A stretch of 64,000 nucleotides of DNA from Camelus ferus. Lineage: Eukaryota. The notes under the pieces are model-generated. The model did no database searches. It had not been told where the DNA came from and saw nothing but the letters and a program-made list of their open reading frames with translations. Of this stretch, positions 1 through 13,245 are shown one piece after another (position 1 is the first letter of the stretch; each line of letters starts with the position of its first letter). The stretch is taken from the NCBI RefSeq assembly GCF_009834535.1, contig NC_045697.1, forward strand, positions 76,696,001-76,760,000, written 5' to 3'. The position numbers were made by a program, and so were the translations under genes.

Positions 1-595
1 ATAATCTGTTCATCTATTTCTGAATACATCTCATATTCACAAGTACCAAGGACATTCCAAAGATAGGAATAAAGAAAAATAGCAGCTAACCTTTTAACTA
101 CAGATAGATTGACGGGGTTTTCTGTACTATGCTTTAAATTCTAAGGCTATTCCTAGTGTATTAGTAACAAATGACAAGTTTTGCATTTAAGCTAAAAATA
201 ATTTGGACGGACTTTTAAGAATGATGCTACTGCTTTCTTTCTTTTTTTAGATCAGACATTCTTTAGAACTCTAATGTAAAACATCACTCAGGGCTCTTAC
301 AATTATTTCAGGTACTGCTATTCATGTGCAGCTTGAAAGAACACTTAAAGATAGAAAGGAATGTAGTTTTTTCACGAAATTGAGTGTTAAAGAGAAATGT
401 CTTTAACAGTAATATTGCTCACTGTTACTTCAATCACAATTGCTTTCCATTCTGGTGATGGGAATTTAAAATGGTTTATAGCTTTAAATGTTTAGCATAG
501 TATAATGTTATATTCACCTTGCCGATACAGATTTGTTTCTCTTAAGCACTGCATTTTCAGAAAGCACTCCTCTAAACAGAAGACGAAAATAACTA

Positions 596-1088
596 CAATT
601 GTCCCCACTTATCCTCAGTTTTTGCTTTCCTTAATTTCAGCTATCCGTGGTCAACCAAGGTCTGAAAATATTAAACAGAAAATTCCAGAAACAAAGTATT
701 CAGAAGTTTTAAACTGTGCACAGTTTTGAGTAGCATGATGAAAACCAGTGCCACCCTGCTCCCTCCTACGCAGGACGTGATTCATCCGCCCTTTGTCCAG
801 CATATCCTGCACGTTAGTCACTTAGTAGCCACAGCTAGGTTATCAGATGGACTGTCACAGTATCACAGTGCTTGTGTTCAAGTAATTCCTATTTCAGTTA
901 ATAATGGCCCTGAATGCTGGCAATTTGGATGTTCTCTAACTGTACCTGGTTTCTCAATTAAACTTTGTCATAGGTATGTACGTATAGGGAAAAAACATAG
1001 TATGTATAGGGTTTAGTACTGTCCTTGGTTTCAGGCATCCACTGGGGGTCTTTGAACATATTCCTGGTGGACAAGGCACGGACTGCTC
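596..1088 (+). mobile_element. MER44-like TcMar-Tigger non-autonomous DNA transposon
   Basis: Degenerate terminal inverted repeats (caattgtccccacttatcc ... ggacaaggcacggactgctc) are flanked by TA on both sides. The internal sequence (aaaattccagaa; ttcaggcatccactgggggtct) is typical of the family. Confidence 0.8.
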
Positions 1089-2409
1089 TATAAGGAACAT
1101 ATACCAGCTGCAGACGGAAGGAGTGATACTGAGCATAATATGGTATCAGTCTTAAGGTTGTTCTCATACCTCTGGAGTGAGTGGGGTTGGTGTGTATGTA
1201 TAATAAAATAGACTGAAGATGGTCGCTGATAACTCTGTAAAACACTGGGTGGACTGGGCCTTTCTTCCGACAGCGACAGTGAGCAGAAGGATTGCAGTGG
1301 CTCGAGTGGTGAGCAGGACCGGCTGTTAGTCCCTCCTCTTTTGCAGGCAGGCATGGTGGGGAGTGGGGCGACCCTCTGTAAGGTGTCAGGGCCTCAGAGG
1401 CTTTGGCAGCTACTGGGTAAACAACCCTTGGTAGAGGAGGGGTCTCTGAAGGCAGTGAGGCACCCACAGGGGCTTTCAGATATAACTATTTGGGAAGAAT
1501 CACGAAAATGGGGTTTCTGTTCTCCGTTCGTACTTATTCTCTCTCTCTACTTAAGTTGAGTTTAGGCTTTCACTCTAGCTCCATAACGGCAAGTGTGTAT
1601 GAACATAAACTTGGGTGAAGGCAGGAGGCAGAAAATGACCAACATATTTTACCTTGAAATTTCTAGAAACGTAGCATTTTACCACACAAAAATGTAAACT
1701 AAGAATCCTAGCCCCAAACTTAGTGTCATCAATGCCCTGGATAATCCCTTTGTCTTTTTGTGCTCCTGCACACTTCCATGAGCTCCCAGGAATACACACC
1801 CGTAGTTTAAGAAATTTGACTTAAGAGAGATCCAGATTATTCCATTAATACTACGATTTAGCTCCACCATCTTTTTAAGTTTGTGTGAGTTGGCCCGCTG
1901 AACTAATTCATCCTTAGAACAGTTTTGTCTGTATGTGTTGTCTATATACAGACGTGACATCTAAAACACAACCCACCGGTATTTTGGAGATTGCCAATCA
2001 CTGCATTCAATGAGAAACAAAATCTTTGTTGATGTTACAGTTAAACATATTTAGGACTGTGCAGCTTGGTATTAAGTAGCACAAAGTAGAGGGACAAGTT
2101 GGAATCAAAAACCAGAAATCGAGCCACATAGCCTTAATAAAAGCAGAGTAGCCCACAGTAGATTCTTATACTGTATAAATAAACTGAATAATCACAAAAT
2201 TGGTCATCTATTTTTTGTTGGGAATATACACCATTTTATAGATGTCTAGCACCAATGTATTTAGAATTTATATGAAAAAATGCTCTCAGTCTTACATTAT
2301 TTGATTCCATTTGTTCTCTGGATGATTGTCCCACTTCTCCTTGACCTCCTGCTTCCATGCCATAAAGACTACACATGGGCTAACCCTCGAAAATGGGCAG
2401 AGTTTAAAC

Positions 2410-2758
2410 CTGTATTGTCTAATATGGTACTACTAGCCACGTGTGGATTTTGAGCCCTGGAAATGAGGCTCATTTTTGAGATGTGATGTTTTAACATAAA
2501 CTGATTTTGAAGACTTAGTTGTTAAAAAAAAAAAGGTAAAATATCTCATTAATGTGAATACTATTAATCTTGAAATATTGATTTATATGATGTTGGAATG
2601 ATCGTTTTAGATATACTGAGTTAAATAAAATATAGTCTTAAAATTAACATCACCTGCTTTTAAAAAAAGCTTTTAAAAAATGTGGGTACTAGAAAATTCA
2701 CAGTTACATATGTGGCTTGTATTTGGAGCTTGTGTTATATTTCTATCAAACAGCATTG
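2410..2758 (+). mobile_element. MER33/MER3-like hAT-Charlie MITE
   Basis: Runs ctgtattgtctaatatggta...ctagccacgtgtgg ... atatttctatcaaacagcattg, with an 8-bp TSD (gtttaaac / gtttaaat). Confidence 0.8.
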
Positions 2759-3049
2759 GTTTAAATGATGAAATTCTATAATTATTAGGAGATGTGATCA
2801 ACCAAAAGCCTTTAAAAGCAGGGAAGGCACACAATCAGTATTCAAGCAGGTCAACATCCAGTGAGACTTCACCATGGAGACACCACTGTGGAGTAAACAC
2901 CCACCACAGGACTCCAAGGTAGGTTAATGGGTGTGAGGTCGAGAGCAGAAGACAGCTCTGGAGTAGAGGATGTTGAGGGGCCAAGGGAGCCACAGTCGTG
3001 CAGGTTAGCAGCTGACTTTAGGGACCTCCTAACCTGTCTCCTTGTCACC

Positions 3050-3830
3050 CAGCCATCTCCAGCATTCTCCTAAAAACAAGTCAGTCTTAGAATTCCTTCA
3101 CTCAGTTCTCTCCAAGTCTGACCCATTGCACTGAGAAGGTCAAAATCCTCAGCAGGGCCCCTGCTAGTCTGGTACCTGCTGCTTCTCTGAGCTCACCTGC
3201 TGCCACTTCTCTCTCACCCACTCCAGCCACACTGAACTCTGTTTCAAGATGCTAAGCAGGAGCCAGCCCAGGGCCTGTGCACCTGGGGTTCTCTCCCGCG
3301 GAACATCGTCCCTCAGATATCCAGGGATTTACTCTCTCACCCTCTTAGCTTTGGCTCAACTGTCCCCTTATTACAGGGGTTGCCTGGAATCCACCCCGCA
3401 ACCGCCACACACACAGCACCACTCCCTATGCCCACTATCTTTGGTTTCTTTATTGCGCTAATTACCACCTAAGGCAGAATTTTTTGTTTCTTTTCTATGT
3501 CCCCCAGTAGGATTGCTAGACTTGGGAAATAAAAATGCAAGACACACAACTAAATTATAATTTCAAATAAACAAGTCATTTTTAGTTATGTATATCCCAA
3601 ATATTGAATGGACATATCATATTAAAAATGATGGGTTGTTTATCTGAAATTCAAATTTGATTGGGCATTCTTTGTTTTTTTTGGCCACTCCATTTCCCAG
3701 CCCCACACCCTCTCCACCACTAGAATATGAACTTTATTTTGTTTATGCCTCTTTCCACACTACCTAGAAACCATACCTTGCACATAATAATTGTCTAGCA
3801 CATCTATGTTACAGAAATGAATGAATACAG
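3050..3830 (+). mobile_element. L2 LINE 3' fragment, interrupted by a MER53
   Basis: L2-like motifs (ccactccagccacactgaactc; ccactagaatatgaa) end in aatgaatgaat. Confidence 0.7.
3508..3692. mobile_element. MER53 palindromic hAT MITE
   Basis: taggattgctaga...aatttcaaataaacaa...tcccaaatattgaatggacat...ttgtttatctgaaattcaaattt...tggccactcca. The element is self-complementary, with a degenerate 8-bp TSD (tcccccag / tttcccag). Confidence 0.85.
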
Positions 3831-4509
3831 GAGAGGCAAATACATGAAGCCCTTATGGCTCTGGTGAGAGATGAAGATGGCAAGACTCCTCTACTGGGAA
3901 GTTGGAAAAGACCTATAATTTCAGTGGCAAGAGATGGTTCTGTGTCTCAGCTGTGGCAAAAGACAGTGGTGGGAAAAGAGACAGGGACCCAGGAAGAAGA
4001 TGGGAGAGATGTTAACCCCGCAGTGACGCATCCAAGTCCTGCAGGTAACACCGAAACAGAATTGAAAAGCAGAGGTAAATGAAGGGTCAGGGTTCGCTGG
4101 GGGAGGAGCCTGTGAAAGGCAGGATGCTGGGAATGAGCAGAACGTTCGTTATTTCCGAGGAAAAGCCCTGAGTCATTCCAGGACTATGTCAGGGGAAGAG
4201 TGTTTGCCTAGAGGACTAAAGGTGCAACAGCTGCCCATGGGTACAGAGACCCGGCCATTATAAATATTTCCATACATTTGGTTTTCTCCCCACCTCTATC
4301 TGTCCCATGTGCCTCGGATGAAGGGTGAGCAGTAGCTGGGGCAACACTGGCTGTGTAAATGATCACGTCATCTCAAGTTCCCCACAGACCCTTTCAGAAC
4401 CTACATGCGTCACCATTTACCCCATGAACTCATTTTGACACCTGCTTCTCCCTAAGCAGAAGCACTCACAAAACAGGGCAATGTTTTAGTTGAAAGGAAC
4501 CAGGCCAGT

Positions 4510-4635
4510 CATTCTTAATAGATGAAGAAACACATTCAGAGAGGGGAATTAACTTTTTCAGAAGCAAAGAGCTGCAAAGAGGCAGATGTGACATTAGAAT
4601 CCAGGTCTTCTGATTCTCTATCTTGTGTTCCTTCT
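4510..4635 (-). mobile_element. MIR fragment
   Basis: Core motif atagatgaagaaac...cagagagggg...tagaatccaggtcttctgattc. Confidence 0.65.
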
Positions 4636-4872
4636 GAGTAATTGCTTCTTAAAAACTCCTTCATACTAATGTTTCTTTTGCCTTTAATTTTCACATAAAA
4701 TAGGAAAGCAGCTTCAGGAAGCCTCCAGTCTAATCCCAGGTTTTTCTACTTCTGGTCTTGGGACACAGCAAATTTCTTGAGCTTCTGTGGGGCATGGCTT
4801 TTATTCTATGCAGTGGGTAGGGATAGATTAAATGCTAGCCCTCTCCCAGCTCTAAAGGATTAAGATTTTGTA

Positions 4873-4909
4873 TTATGATTATGATTATGATTAGTTGTTG
4901 TTGTTGTTG
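4873..4909. repeat. (ATTATG)n followed by (GTT)n microsatellite
   Basis: attatgattatgattatgattagttgttgttgttgttg. Confidence 0.85.
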
Positions 4910-5139
4910 GACTAAAGATGTCTCTGGTGGCTCCTTATTCCTCAGACATCTGATTAAACTTGCCTCAAGTTCTAATTCCACAGGCTCCTGAAGTCCAGGA
5001 CCTGCTCTCCGGGCCTCTCTGCTCGAGTTCTTGCATCTGTACGAATCATATCTATTTGTTCCAGACCAATTCAGATGGGTCACTCAGGTCTTCACCAGTT
5101 GCATCAAGAAATCCACTCTCAAAAGTACAAAGCACTTAA

Positions 5140-5500
5140 AATACACCAATAGGTGATCATCCAAGCAGGTTACAGTTAAGTACATCTACACTGTAGAATG
5201 CCATGTAGCCATTAAAGTTAATGTTGATATCTATTTATCAATATAGAAGTATATCCACTACATATTCTTCAGTTAAAAAGGCAGATTACAAAAATACTTT
5301 GTATAATCTTATGCAAGTGAAAATTCAGTATCTAATCTATATTTGCACATAGGCAAAAAGAGCTATCTAAATGTCACTAAAATGTTAGCAATAGTTATCT
5401 CTAAGAAGCTGATTGTGAGTGACTTTATTTTTCTGGTTTATGCTTTATGAATTTCCCAAATTTTTTCTATAAAAATATATTACTTTTACATCAAAAAAAG
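5140..5500 (+). mobile_element. Old L1 (L1ME-like) 3' fragment
   Basis: gtacatctacactgtagaatgccatgtagccattaaa ... aaaatgttagcaatagttatctct ... tattacttttacatcaaaaaaag. Confidence 0.65.
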
Positions 5501-7149
5501 AAAGAGACAAAATCCACTCTCTTCAGGCTTTTTATGAGCTCAAGGTTGAATTCTGGTGTCCATGAAAGTTGTCCCATCATGGAGCATGCAATCTCTTGTC
5601 ATGTCTGCTGTCTCCTCTCTCCCCTTCCATCTCCCCTTCCTCCTTCCTTCCCTCCTTCCTAGGCTATCCTGGGAATTTAGCTTCACTCTCTCTAATGCGG
5701 AGCAATTCGGTCATTTTTAGCTCCTCCTTGCATACTCAGCACCTAATGCTTTTTCTGTTTCATTCCTGGAGGCAGAGTCTTCGTAACATGGTAAAAGAGA
5801 AACAGAAAACCCAGCCTGGGCAGTTAGGTTCGATTACGCATCAGAGAACTGGTATCCCTGCAGGGGAGGTTGGCTTCATTTATTCTATCAGCAAACTCCT
5901 TCTCTAAAATTAAAATCTCTTTGTCCACATTGGTAATATAAATAATAATTAGCAGAAAAGCAGACAGCTCTATTAGCCAGAAACTTAATGAAAATATTTC
6001 ATTTCAGATAATTTACTGAAATGGGTCTTAAGCTGATTAAAGTAATATCTAACTAAACCTAATAACCAAACCTTCATTATGCTTTTTTTAAAAGTATAAA
6101 TGTATAAAAATGTAAAATAAGAAAACATGATAGTTGTATCAATAATACTACAGTGTGGACTATTTCAGAAATAAGTCTGCTGGTTAATACTTCTTATCTG
6201 AGTTTCTATACTTCTAATGTAGACAGAAATGTACAAAATATAATTTGAACAAAGAAATTCAAATGCAAAGAGATAGTTAAGCATTTAGAGGTCACAGGAA
6301 ATAGCTAAGTTGAGCTTATTTGGGTGAAATTTACACAAATGAGAAGAATTACTGCCTTGAGGACATCTCCCTTAAAAAGTGAAGGTCTGGGGAGAAGTAC
6401 TCATGGATGACCTCCCATCTCAACCCTCCCTGCCTCAGTCCTCCCTTCTCGTCCCAACCACAGTTCTCCGATTCATGAGGGAGGGCCTTGGGGGTTGCGT
6501 GTCGACCCCGCAGCCTGCAAGCTCTGCCCACAGCTCCCACCAGCAGCTGCTCCAGGACACCCGCAGGTGTACCAGGGCACATGCCTGCTTTGTGGTTCAC
6601 CTGGGGGAAAACAGATCTGGGGGAGAGGCCAATATAGGCAGTAGAAGTGGACTCAGCACAGTGGAGGCAGGAATTCTTGGGCCCTGGGTACCTGGGCTGT
6701 GATCTAGAAGTGGGGAGCTGGGCTTTGCATGGGCATGTTTTCTTGGCCCTCTAGACTCCTCACCCCATGGGAGGGTCACACCATAAGAGGGCTTAGAGAT
6801 GGCAGAAGAGGAGCAGGGCAGAGGAGGGTCTAAGGGAAACACTGTCCAGTATTTCCCTTTTAAATAATGTATAAAAGGCGCAAAAGTCAGCAAAAACCAG
6901 CCAGGGAACATGATGCCACGGTGAGGTGGAGGGCTTCTCTTTTCTGTGTAGCAAAGAAATTGTTCTCTGTGTGTTCTCTTATGGAAAAAAAAGATTAAGA
7001 ACAAAGACTCATGTTTTAGGAAGACAAAGTAGCAAAATGGATGAAGGACGTACGTGAAATGAAAAGTCTGTGAGGACTGGGATAAGTCAGCAACAGCACA
7101 CTCGTTCAGCTCCCTTGTGCTACACGACTCTTCTAAATTAGATAATTAG

Positions 7150-7610
7150 TGTTTACTGCGACTTTCCGCATGACTGGGGCTGCTGGAAAAGAAACTGCAG
7201 TGGCAGCAGCTAATCAGCATCCGACATTCATTCCCCCAGCAAGGGAAGGAGGGAGAGGCGGTGACCCGTGTGTATCCAATGACAAAGACACTCAAAAGGA
7301 GTGTCGGATGTTTGCGCAAAGACCCTCATTCACTCTCTGGACGCAGACAGGAAAGAATGAAGCTCCAGGTGGATTGGCAGCCACCTTCCAACCAAGAGGA
7401 GAGGAGGTTTAGGATGGAGGCAGCAATGTGGAAGATGGAGTGAAGAGATGGAAGAACCGAGTTCTCAGTGGTGAGGTTTAGGTGCCAGGGCAACGCAAAG
7501 CTGAAGCCTGAGTCAGGGCTGGAGTTTCAAGTTACTTGGCCAATAAATACCTTTATTTAAAGACTAGTTCTGTTAAGTATTCTGTGACTTATAATGTGCC
7601 CTTGATAATA
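7150..7610 (+). mobile_element. MaLR (MLT1-like) LTR remnant
   Basis: 3' signature tttcaagttacttggccaataaatacctttatttaaagactagtt...tattctgtgacttataa. The 5' boundary is uncertain. Confidence 0.5.
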
Positions 7611-7959
7611 TATCTATTTTTAAAGTTTAAAAACCCAGCTAATTTCTTCTTTCCTAAGGTATAGTTCCTAGTAGTAGATCTATGTATAGTTTGAATGATA
7701 AATTACTCTTTTCACATGGGAAGAGAATGTGCCTAGTTATTCATAGAAATGTTAAATAGTTATGTCTAGCTGGAAAAATTTGAAAGATCAGTGAAGAGTA
7801 GTAGAAAGAGACAAAGGTTCTTACTAACACCCACTCGTACACCCAGGTTTCTGAGTCATGGCGTTCTTAATGCCCCCAATTCAAAGAGGAAAACAGTCTG
7901 TTCTAATTTAATAATGTCTTTTAATAAACAATTACATTCATTACTTCCTTTGTTTTGTC

Positions 7960-8105
7960 TGATTAAACTTTAAAGTAAACATTATAATCTTCATTTGACA
8001 AATGACGATACTAAGACTCAGAGAAGGAAAGTAACTGGTCTGAGGTCATAGAAATACTGAATAGCAGAGCTGGGATCTTCTGAATTTAAAACCTACACTC
8101 CTTAA
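7960..8105 (-). mobile_element. MIR fragment
   Basis: ttgacaaatgacgatactaagactcagagaagg...tgaggtcatag...gcagagctgggat. Confidence 0.7.
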
Positions 8106-8109
8106 CAGT

Positions 8110-8333
8110 TGGAGCAGACTGACTGGCTTTCAAGTTGAACTTTACCACAAGCACCTAGGTGACCCTGGACAAAATATTTATCCTCTCTGTGCCTTGGTTT
8201 CCTCATTAATAAAATGTAGATAATAGCAGGACCCACTCCACAGGATTGCTGTGAGGAATAAGGGAGGTAACAGGCACACAAAACTTAGGACAATGCCTGA
8301 CAGTAAATGCTGAATACACGTCAGTAATTATTA
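8110..8333 (+). mobile_element. MIR
   Basis: gtgaccctggacaaa...ctctctgtgccttggtttcctcatt..taaaatg...gctgtgaggaataa...acaatgcctg. Confidence 0.8.
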
Positions 8334-8809
8334 CACATTGCACTCTTCTATTCTCTGCATCGTGCAGAGAAGACAGAGAAGAAGATCCTGAAAGAAATTC
8401 AGTTTCTCCTAAATTAACTCCACTGATGCTGTTTCACAGTTGGATAATGGTTCCTACCCCTTGGCAACTTGGCCTGGTATCAAACGGATGGAACTGGGTA
8501 ACGTTAAGCTGTTCTGATTGTCACAATAAGTTATTTCATAGCAGCCTCATATTGAGTGCAAAATTCAGAATCAAGAATGTCATTTAGAGATCAGATCTAA
8601 TGATACAAGAACAGGCTTTGTGATTGATATTGACTTACTGTTTTAGTTGTCAGAAACTTGGAAAGAAAAGTAGTCCATGATGAATACAAAAACCTTACAG
8701 TGGTTCATAATATGGTGTTTTAGAAACAAAACGCTAAGACCAAGATTGTCTATGTTAATCTGTAAGTACTGCAACATAGTAATATTTCCTCTTCCCTTTG
8801 CCAACTGCC

Positions 8810-9110
8810 GTTAAATGTTTAAGTCTCACCTAAAATCACCTATTCAGGGAAGCATCCCTTGACCTTTCTGCACCAGGCCAGGATGCCCTGTGCTTCTCTG
8901 CTGTAGTGCTTAAAAGCACTGTCATTTAACAGATTTTTAGTATGACTGTTCATGTAATATTCCTATCCCACAGTTAGCTGAAATTCCATGAGGGCAGAGA
9001 CAGCTTTAATGTCAGTGCTCAGATGGTGTCTTGGACTTAGTAGTAAGGGCTGAATAAAGATTTGTCGAATGGAAGATTGAAGAAATTGGTAGATGAATCA
9101 ATGAATACAT
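8810..9110 (+). mobile_element. L2 3' fragment
   Basis: ttccatgagggcagagac ... gctgaataaagatttgtcgaatg. Confidence 0.7.
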
Positions 9111-9693
9111 TTAAAGTAAGTTTTAAAAAAACACCAGATTTTTTTAAAATATGTAATTTAATCAGATTTAGTAAATAAATATTTTGGTGATCCTGTCTAT
9201 TAAATATAGTGTCTTTTCAGTTAAAATGGAAAACAAGTGGAGTTGGTGATGTCATAATTCAAATACATTTGCTTTGTTGTTGCAACAGCCTGTGATCACT
9301 TTCCTTCCTCTCAAACCCCTTCCCTTACCAATCTCATTTCCTCAACTATTTATTCTTCCCTCCCCAATATTTGCATTTAGTAGAATGATAACTCGTATTA
9401 AATATTATAGTAACATGCCCAAATGAAGTCAGGGGGAAATAGGTTTTTTTAAAAAACCTGCTAGAATTGTTTTATTTCAAGCCAGCATTACATTACTTCT
9501 TTCAACCAACTTTTTATTCCTTTCTAAAGGAACTTAAAATTAATTATATAAAAGATATATATATATATTCACTTAATAAGTAAAATTGAGTGAAAAGTCC
9601 CTTTAAGAGTAAGCTTGTATATAAAAATACCTGATGATGTATGAATCAAACTCAGAGATCATGGGATTTTACTATATGAAACACTCTGTATAT

Positions 9694-10699
9694 GGATGGC
9701 CAACAGGCACATGAGAAGATGCTCAACATCACTAATCATCAGGGAATTGCAAATCAAAACCACAGTGAGATATCACCTCACACCTGTCAGAATGGCTATT
9801 ATCAAAAAGACACATGGTAACAAGTGCTGGTGGGGATGTGGAGAAAGGGAACACTTGCGCACTGTTGGTGGGATTGTAAATTGATGCAGCCACTACAGAA
9901 AACAGTTTGGAGGGTCCTCAAAAAATTAAAAATAGAACTGCCACATGATCCAGCAATTCCACTTCAGGGAATATAACCAAAGAAAATGAAAACTCTAACT
10001 TAAAAAGACATCTGCACCCCATGCTCACAGCAACGTTATTTACAATAGCCGAAGCATCGAAACAATTCTAGTGTCCATCCACAGATGAATGGATGAAGAA
10101 GTTGTAGTGTATTATTCAGCTATAATAAACAAGGAAATCCTGGTATCTGCGACAACATGGATGGATCTTGTGGGTGTTATGCTAAGTGGAATAAGTCAGA
10201 CAGAGAAGGACAAATACTTTATGACCTTAACTTTATGTGGAATCTTAAAAAAACAAAAGAAAATGAACAAAAAACAAACAAAAACTCATAGAAAAAGGGA
10301 TCAGACTTGTAGTCACTAGCGGTGGAGGACTGGGGGTTTTGTGTGTAGGGAACTGAAGGAAGGTGAGCACTTCAGGAAGATGACCTGCACCAAAGCCAAG
10401 AGCTTCCAGTTATAAGATAGTAGAGATGTAATGTACACATGATGACTATAGCTACCATTGTTGCATGACAGCTATGAAAGCTGTTTATAGAATAAATCCT
10501 AAGAATTCTCATTACAAGGAGAAATTTTTTCTTTCTGTTTTACATTCTTTTTATTGTACTATATGATATGATAGATGTTAACTAAACATATTGTGGTAAT
10601 CATTTCACTATATATGTAAGTCAAACCTTTATGCTATACACCTAAAAATCATACAGTGATATATGCCAACTATATCTCAATAAAACTGGATAAAAAAAA
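9694..10699 (+). mobile_element. 5'-truncated L1 (ORF2 C-terminal remnant, 3' UTR and A-tail)
   Basis: ORF 9696-9884 ([38 protein letters not shown]...[17 protein letters not shown]) is the L1 ORF2 C-terminal cysteine-rich region. The element ends tatatctcaataaaactggataaaaaaaa. Confidence 0.95.
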
Positions 10700-11873
10700 T
10701 ACCTAGTAATAGGAAGTGATAGTGTTTCTTCAAGAAGAAAGATATCATCCTATTACCATAGTTACTGGAGAAAAAAAGTCATGCGTTCTTAGAATTCTTA
10801 TGTGTACAGTCACTAACTTTAAAAGGTAGAAAAATTAATAAAAACAGTTTAATTCTCAGCTTTAATCCCCAAAGGATTAAACTGCCGTAAGATACTTTCC
10901 CTAAACTATTAAACTCCTCTGAAATAAAAAATCAATCACTTCATTTACTCTAGATATCTTTTCTTAAAGTCAAAAGTTGGGAAGTTATAAATATATTGGG
11001 TAATAGATCACTGGGTAAGTTTAAGCTAATTAACCAGAAAATAAGAACTACAACATATTCAAATCCTTCAGGAATTTAATTCAGACTTTTTAATGATAAA
11101 GCCAAGGCAGCAAAAGAAAAGAGTGTACTTAGTGGCTAGAGAAAGTGAATCAGGAATAAAAAATACCGAGTTTATTGCACACAGCCCACCGTACAGGCTT
11201 GAATAAGCAACTTGACCTTTGGAAGTCTGAGAGCTTCCATTTATCTGCTCTCTAAATATGCTTATGATAAAAATGTCATTAGAAGTATGCTGTGAGGATT
11301 AAGGTCAGCGAAGAACTGTGAGATTCATGGGTAGGAGATGAAAAGGAACTCTAAATACCATAACTATAAACTAATAAAATTTTAATGTTACTTAAAAATC
11401 ACATAGCTATCTGGGATAGATTCAAAGATGATACACTAACATCAGTATTTCATTTACATTGTATTTTGGTTTTAAATATAATGAAACTCCAGAAAGTATT
11501 TGGAAAATACATGAAAAAAGATCATCTGATATTTATCTTTTGCTTTGGAAACAAACCGTTGACTCTGGGTCCTCAGAAAAATTCTAGCTTGCTTAGACAA
11601 AATAATTTGTTTTTAATCCTGAAACTCTTTATTTAACATTAAGGATATGAACTAAGAGCTGCACAAAGTAGCCCTTTAATGTGCCTTATCGCTATTCCCA
11701 GACCTTTTCTTCTATGGTGTCTGCGCAGTGCTAGACACTGCTTGCTATTCAAATACAGGGTCATTGTAATGATTTATTCTTATGGATGCCAATTAATGTG
11801 AAAATGTGGAAAAAGCAGAAAAATGCAATGTTCTAATAACACCTACTAAGAATTAAAATTATTAAAGTTCTGA

Positions 11874-11962
11874 TATATAGGTAGATATATGTATATATGT
11901 GATATATAACCTATATATCACATTTGTGTATATATATCATATATATCTGTATATATATATAA
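11874..11962. repeat. TA-rich low-complexity repeat
   Basis: Interrupted (TA)n runs. Confidence 0.7.
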
Positions 11963-12124
11963 ATACAAACAAAAATTATGGACAGCATTTAATTTTGTCA
12001 AAGGATTCTTTAGTCTAAAAAATGCTTCTACCACAAAATTATTTTAAAAGGCCACTTCTCCAGTATATCTGAGAAGTATGGTTTTAATTGACAAATATTC
12101 AGATATACATCTCAGGCACATGCC

Positions 12125-12155
<31 letters not shown>

Positions 12156-12161
12156 CAGAGA
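12125..12161. repeat. (TG)n(AG)n compound microsatellite
   Basis: tgtgtgtgtgtgtgtgtgagagagagagagacagagag. Confidence 0.9.
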
Positions 12162-12635
12162 GGGAATGAATCACAGAGCACAAATAAAATGTTTATTATA
12201 CCTCTGAATCAACTAGATCTACTCATGAGAATTACAAAAGTTTTTGTGCCCAATAATACAATTAGTGAGAGGCAAAGAAAGCAATATTTCATATGTTTAG
12301 GTAAGACCTAGTTTTAAATTTGCTCTAAATGCTTTGGCTATTGGAAACAAGTCCAAATTTTGGAAACAACTGCTTTCAGAATTGGGACCAGAAGATGCTA
12401 GAAACTGGTTGAATTGGAAAAAGACATGGGTGATTTTCTGTGAGTGCACCGTATCTCTTAGAGACTTAGAAAATAAATTAGTAAAGTCCTTTCTCTCATT
12501 TAAAAATAAAGCTGCCTTGAGCCCAGGAAGGAAAAGGAACTTTCAAAGGCTGCACATAAGGTGGAAGAGCACAGAGCATCCTGACTCCGGGACAGCGCTC
12601 CTATGTGACCCCACACTGGTGACTGAGCTTTATTG

Positions 12636-12822
12636 TATGTAAAATTGATAAACAACAAGGCCCTACTGTACAGAACAGGGAACTAAATTCAATACCTTGT
12701 AATAGCCTATAATGAAAAAGAATATGAAAAATAATATACATATACTTATAACTGAGTCACTTTGCTGTACACCAGAAATTAACACAACACTGCAAATCAA
12801 CTATAACAAAAAAAGAAAGAAA
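12636..12822 (+). mobile_element. L1 3' UTR terminal fragment (cetartiodactyl type)
   Basis: aacaacaaggccctactgtacagaacagggaac...ataactgagtcactttgctgtacaccagaaattaacacaacactgcaaatcaactata followed by an A-tail. Confidence 0.85.
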
Positions 12823-13064
12823 TAATATGACATGTTTCTTTCTCCTTCTCTTTCCCTTATCTATTGTACTTGAATTCCAGCAACTGAGAATGGGGTGCTT
12901 GAGTGGGGAGAGAGCTAGGGGACAGAGAAATATTGCACTTCATGTGTAACTGCATATTTATTTTCTTCCAGTCATAAATTCAATTTGCTTTGCTTCCTGC
13001 CTGAGCGTAAGTCTAGGGCTCATTTGTTGAAATTCTTAAAGTGTGTTAATACTACTACAGATAC

Positions 13065-13245
13065 TTGATAGTATTTATTGAGCGCCTATTGCATTATGTT
13101 CACTTTAGATACATTATCTAGTTAATACTCCAAAGTCTCTATTAATATTTTACTCCTGAGCCTTAGAAACATTACATAACTTGCCCAGGGGAGGACAAGG
13201 ACTTGAAGAATTCTCTCTGACTGCAGAGACCATGTTCTACACCAC
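13065..13245 (-). mobile_element. MIR fragment
   Basis: atttattgagcgcctatt...cacttta...taacttgcccaggg. Confidence 0.6.
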
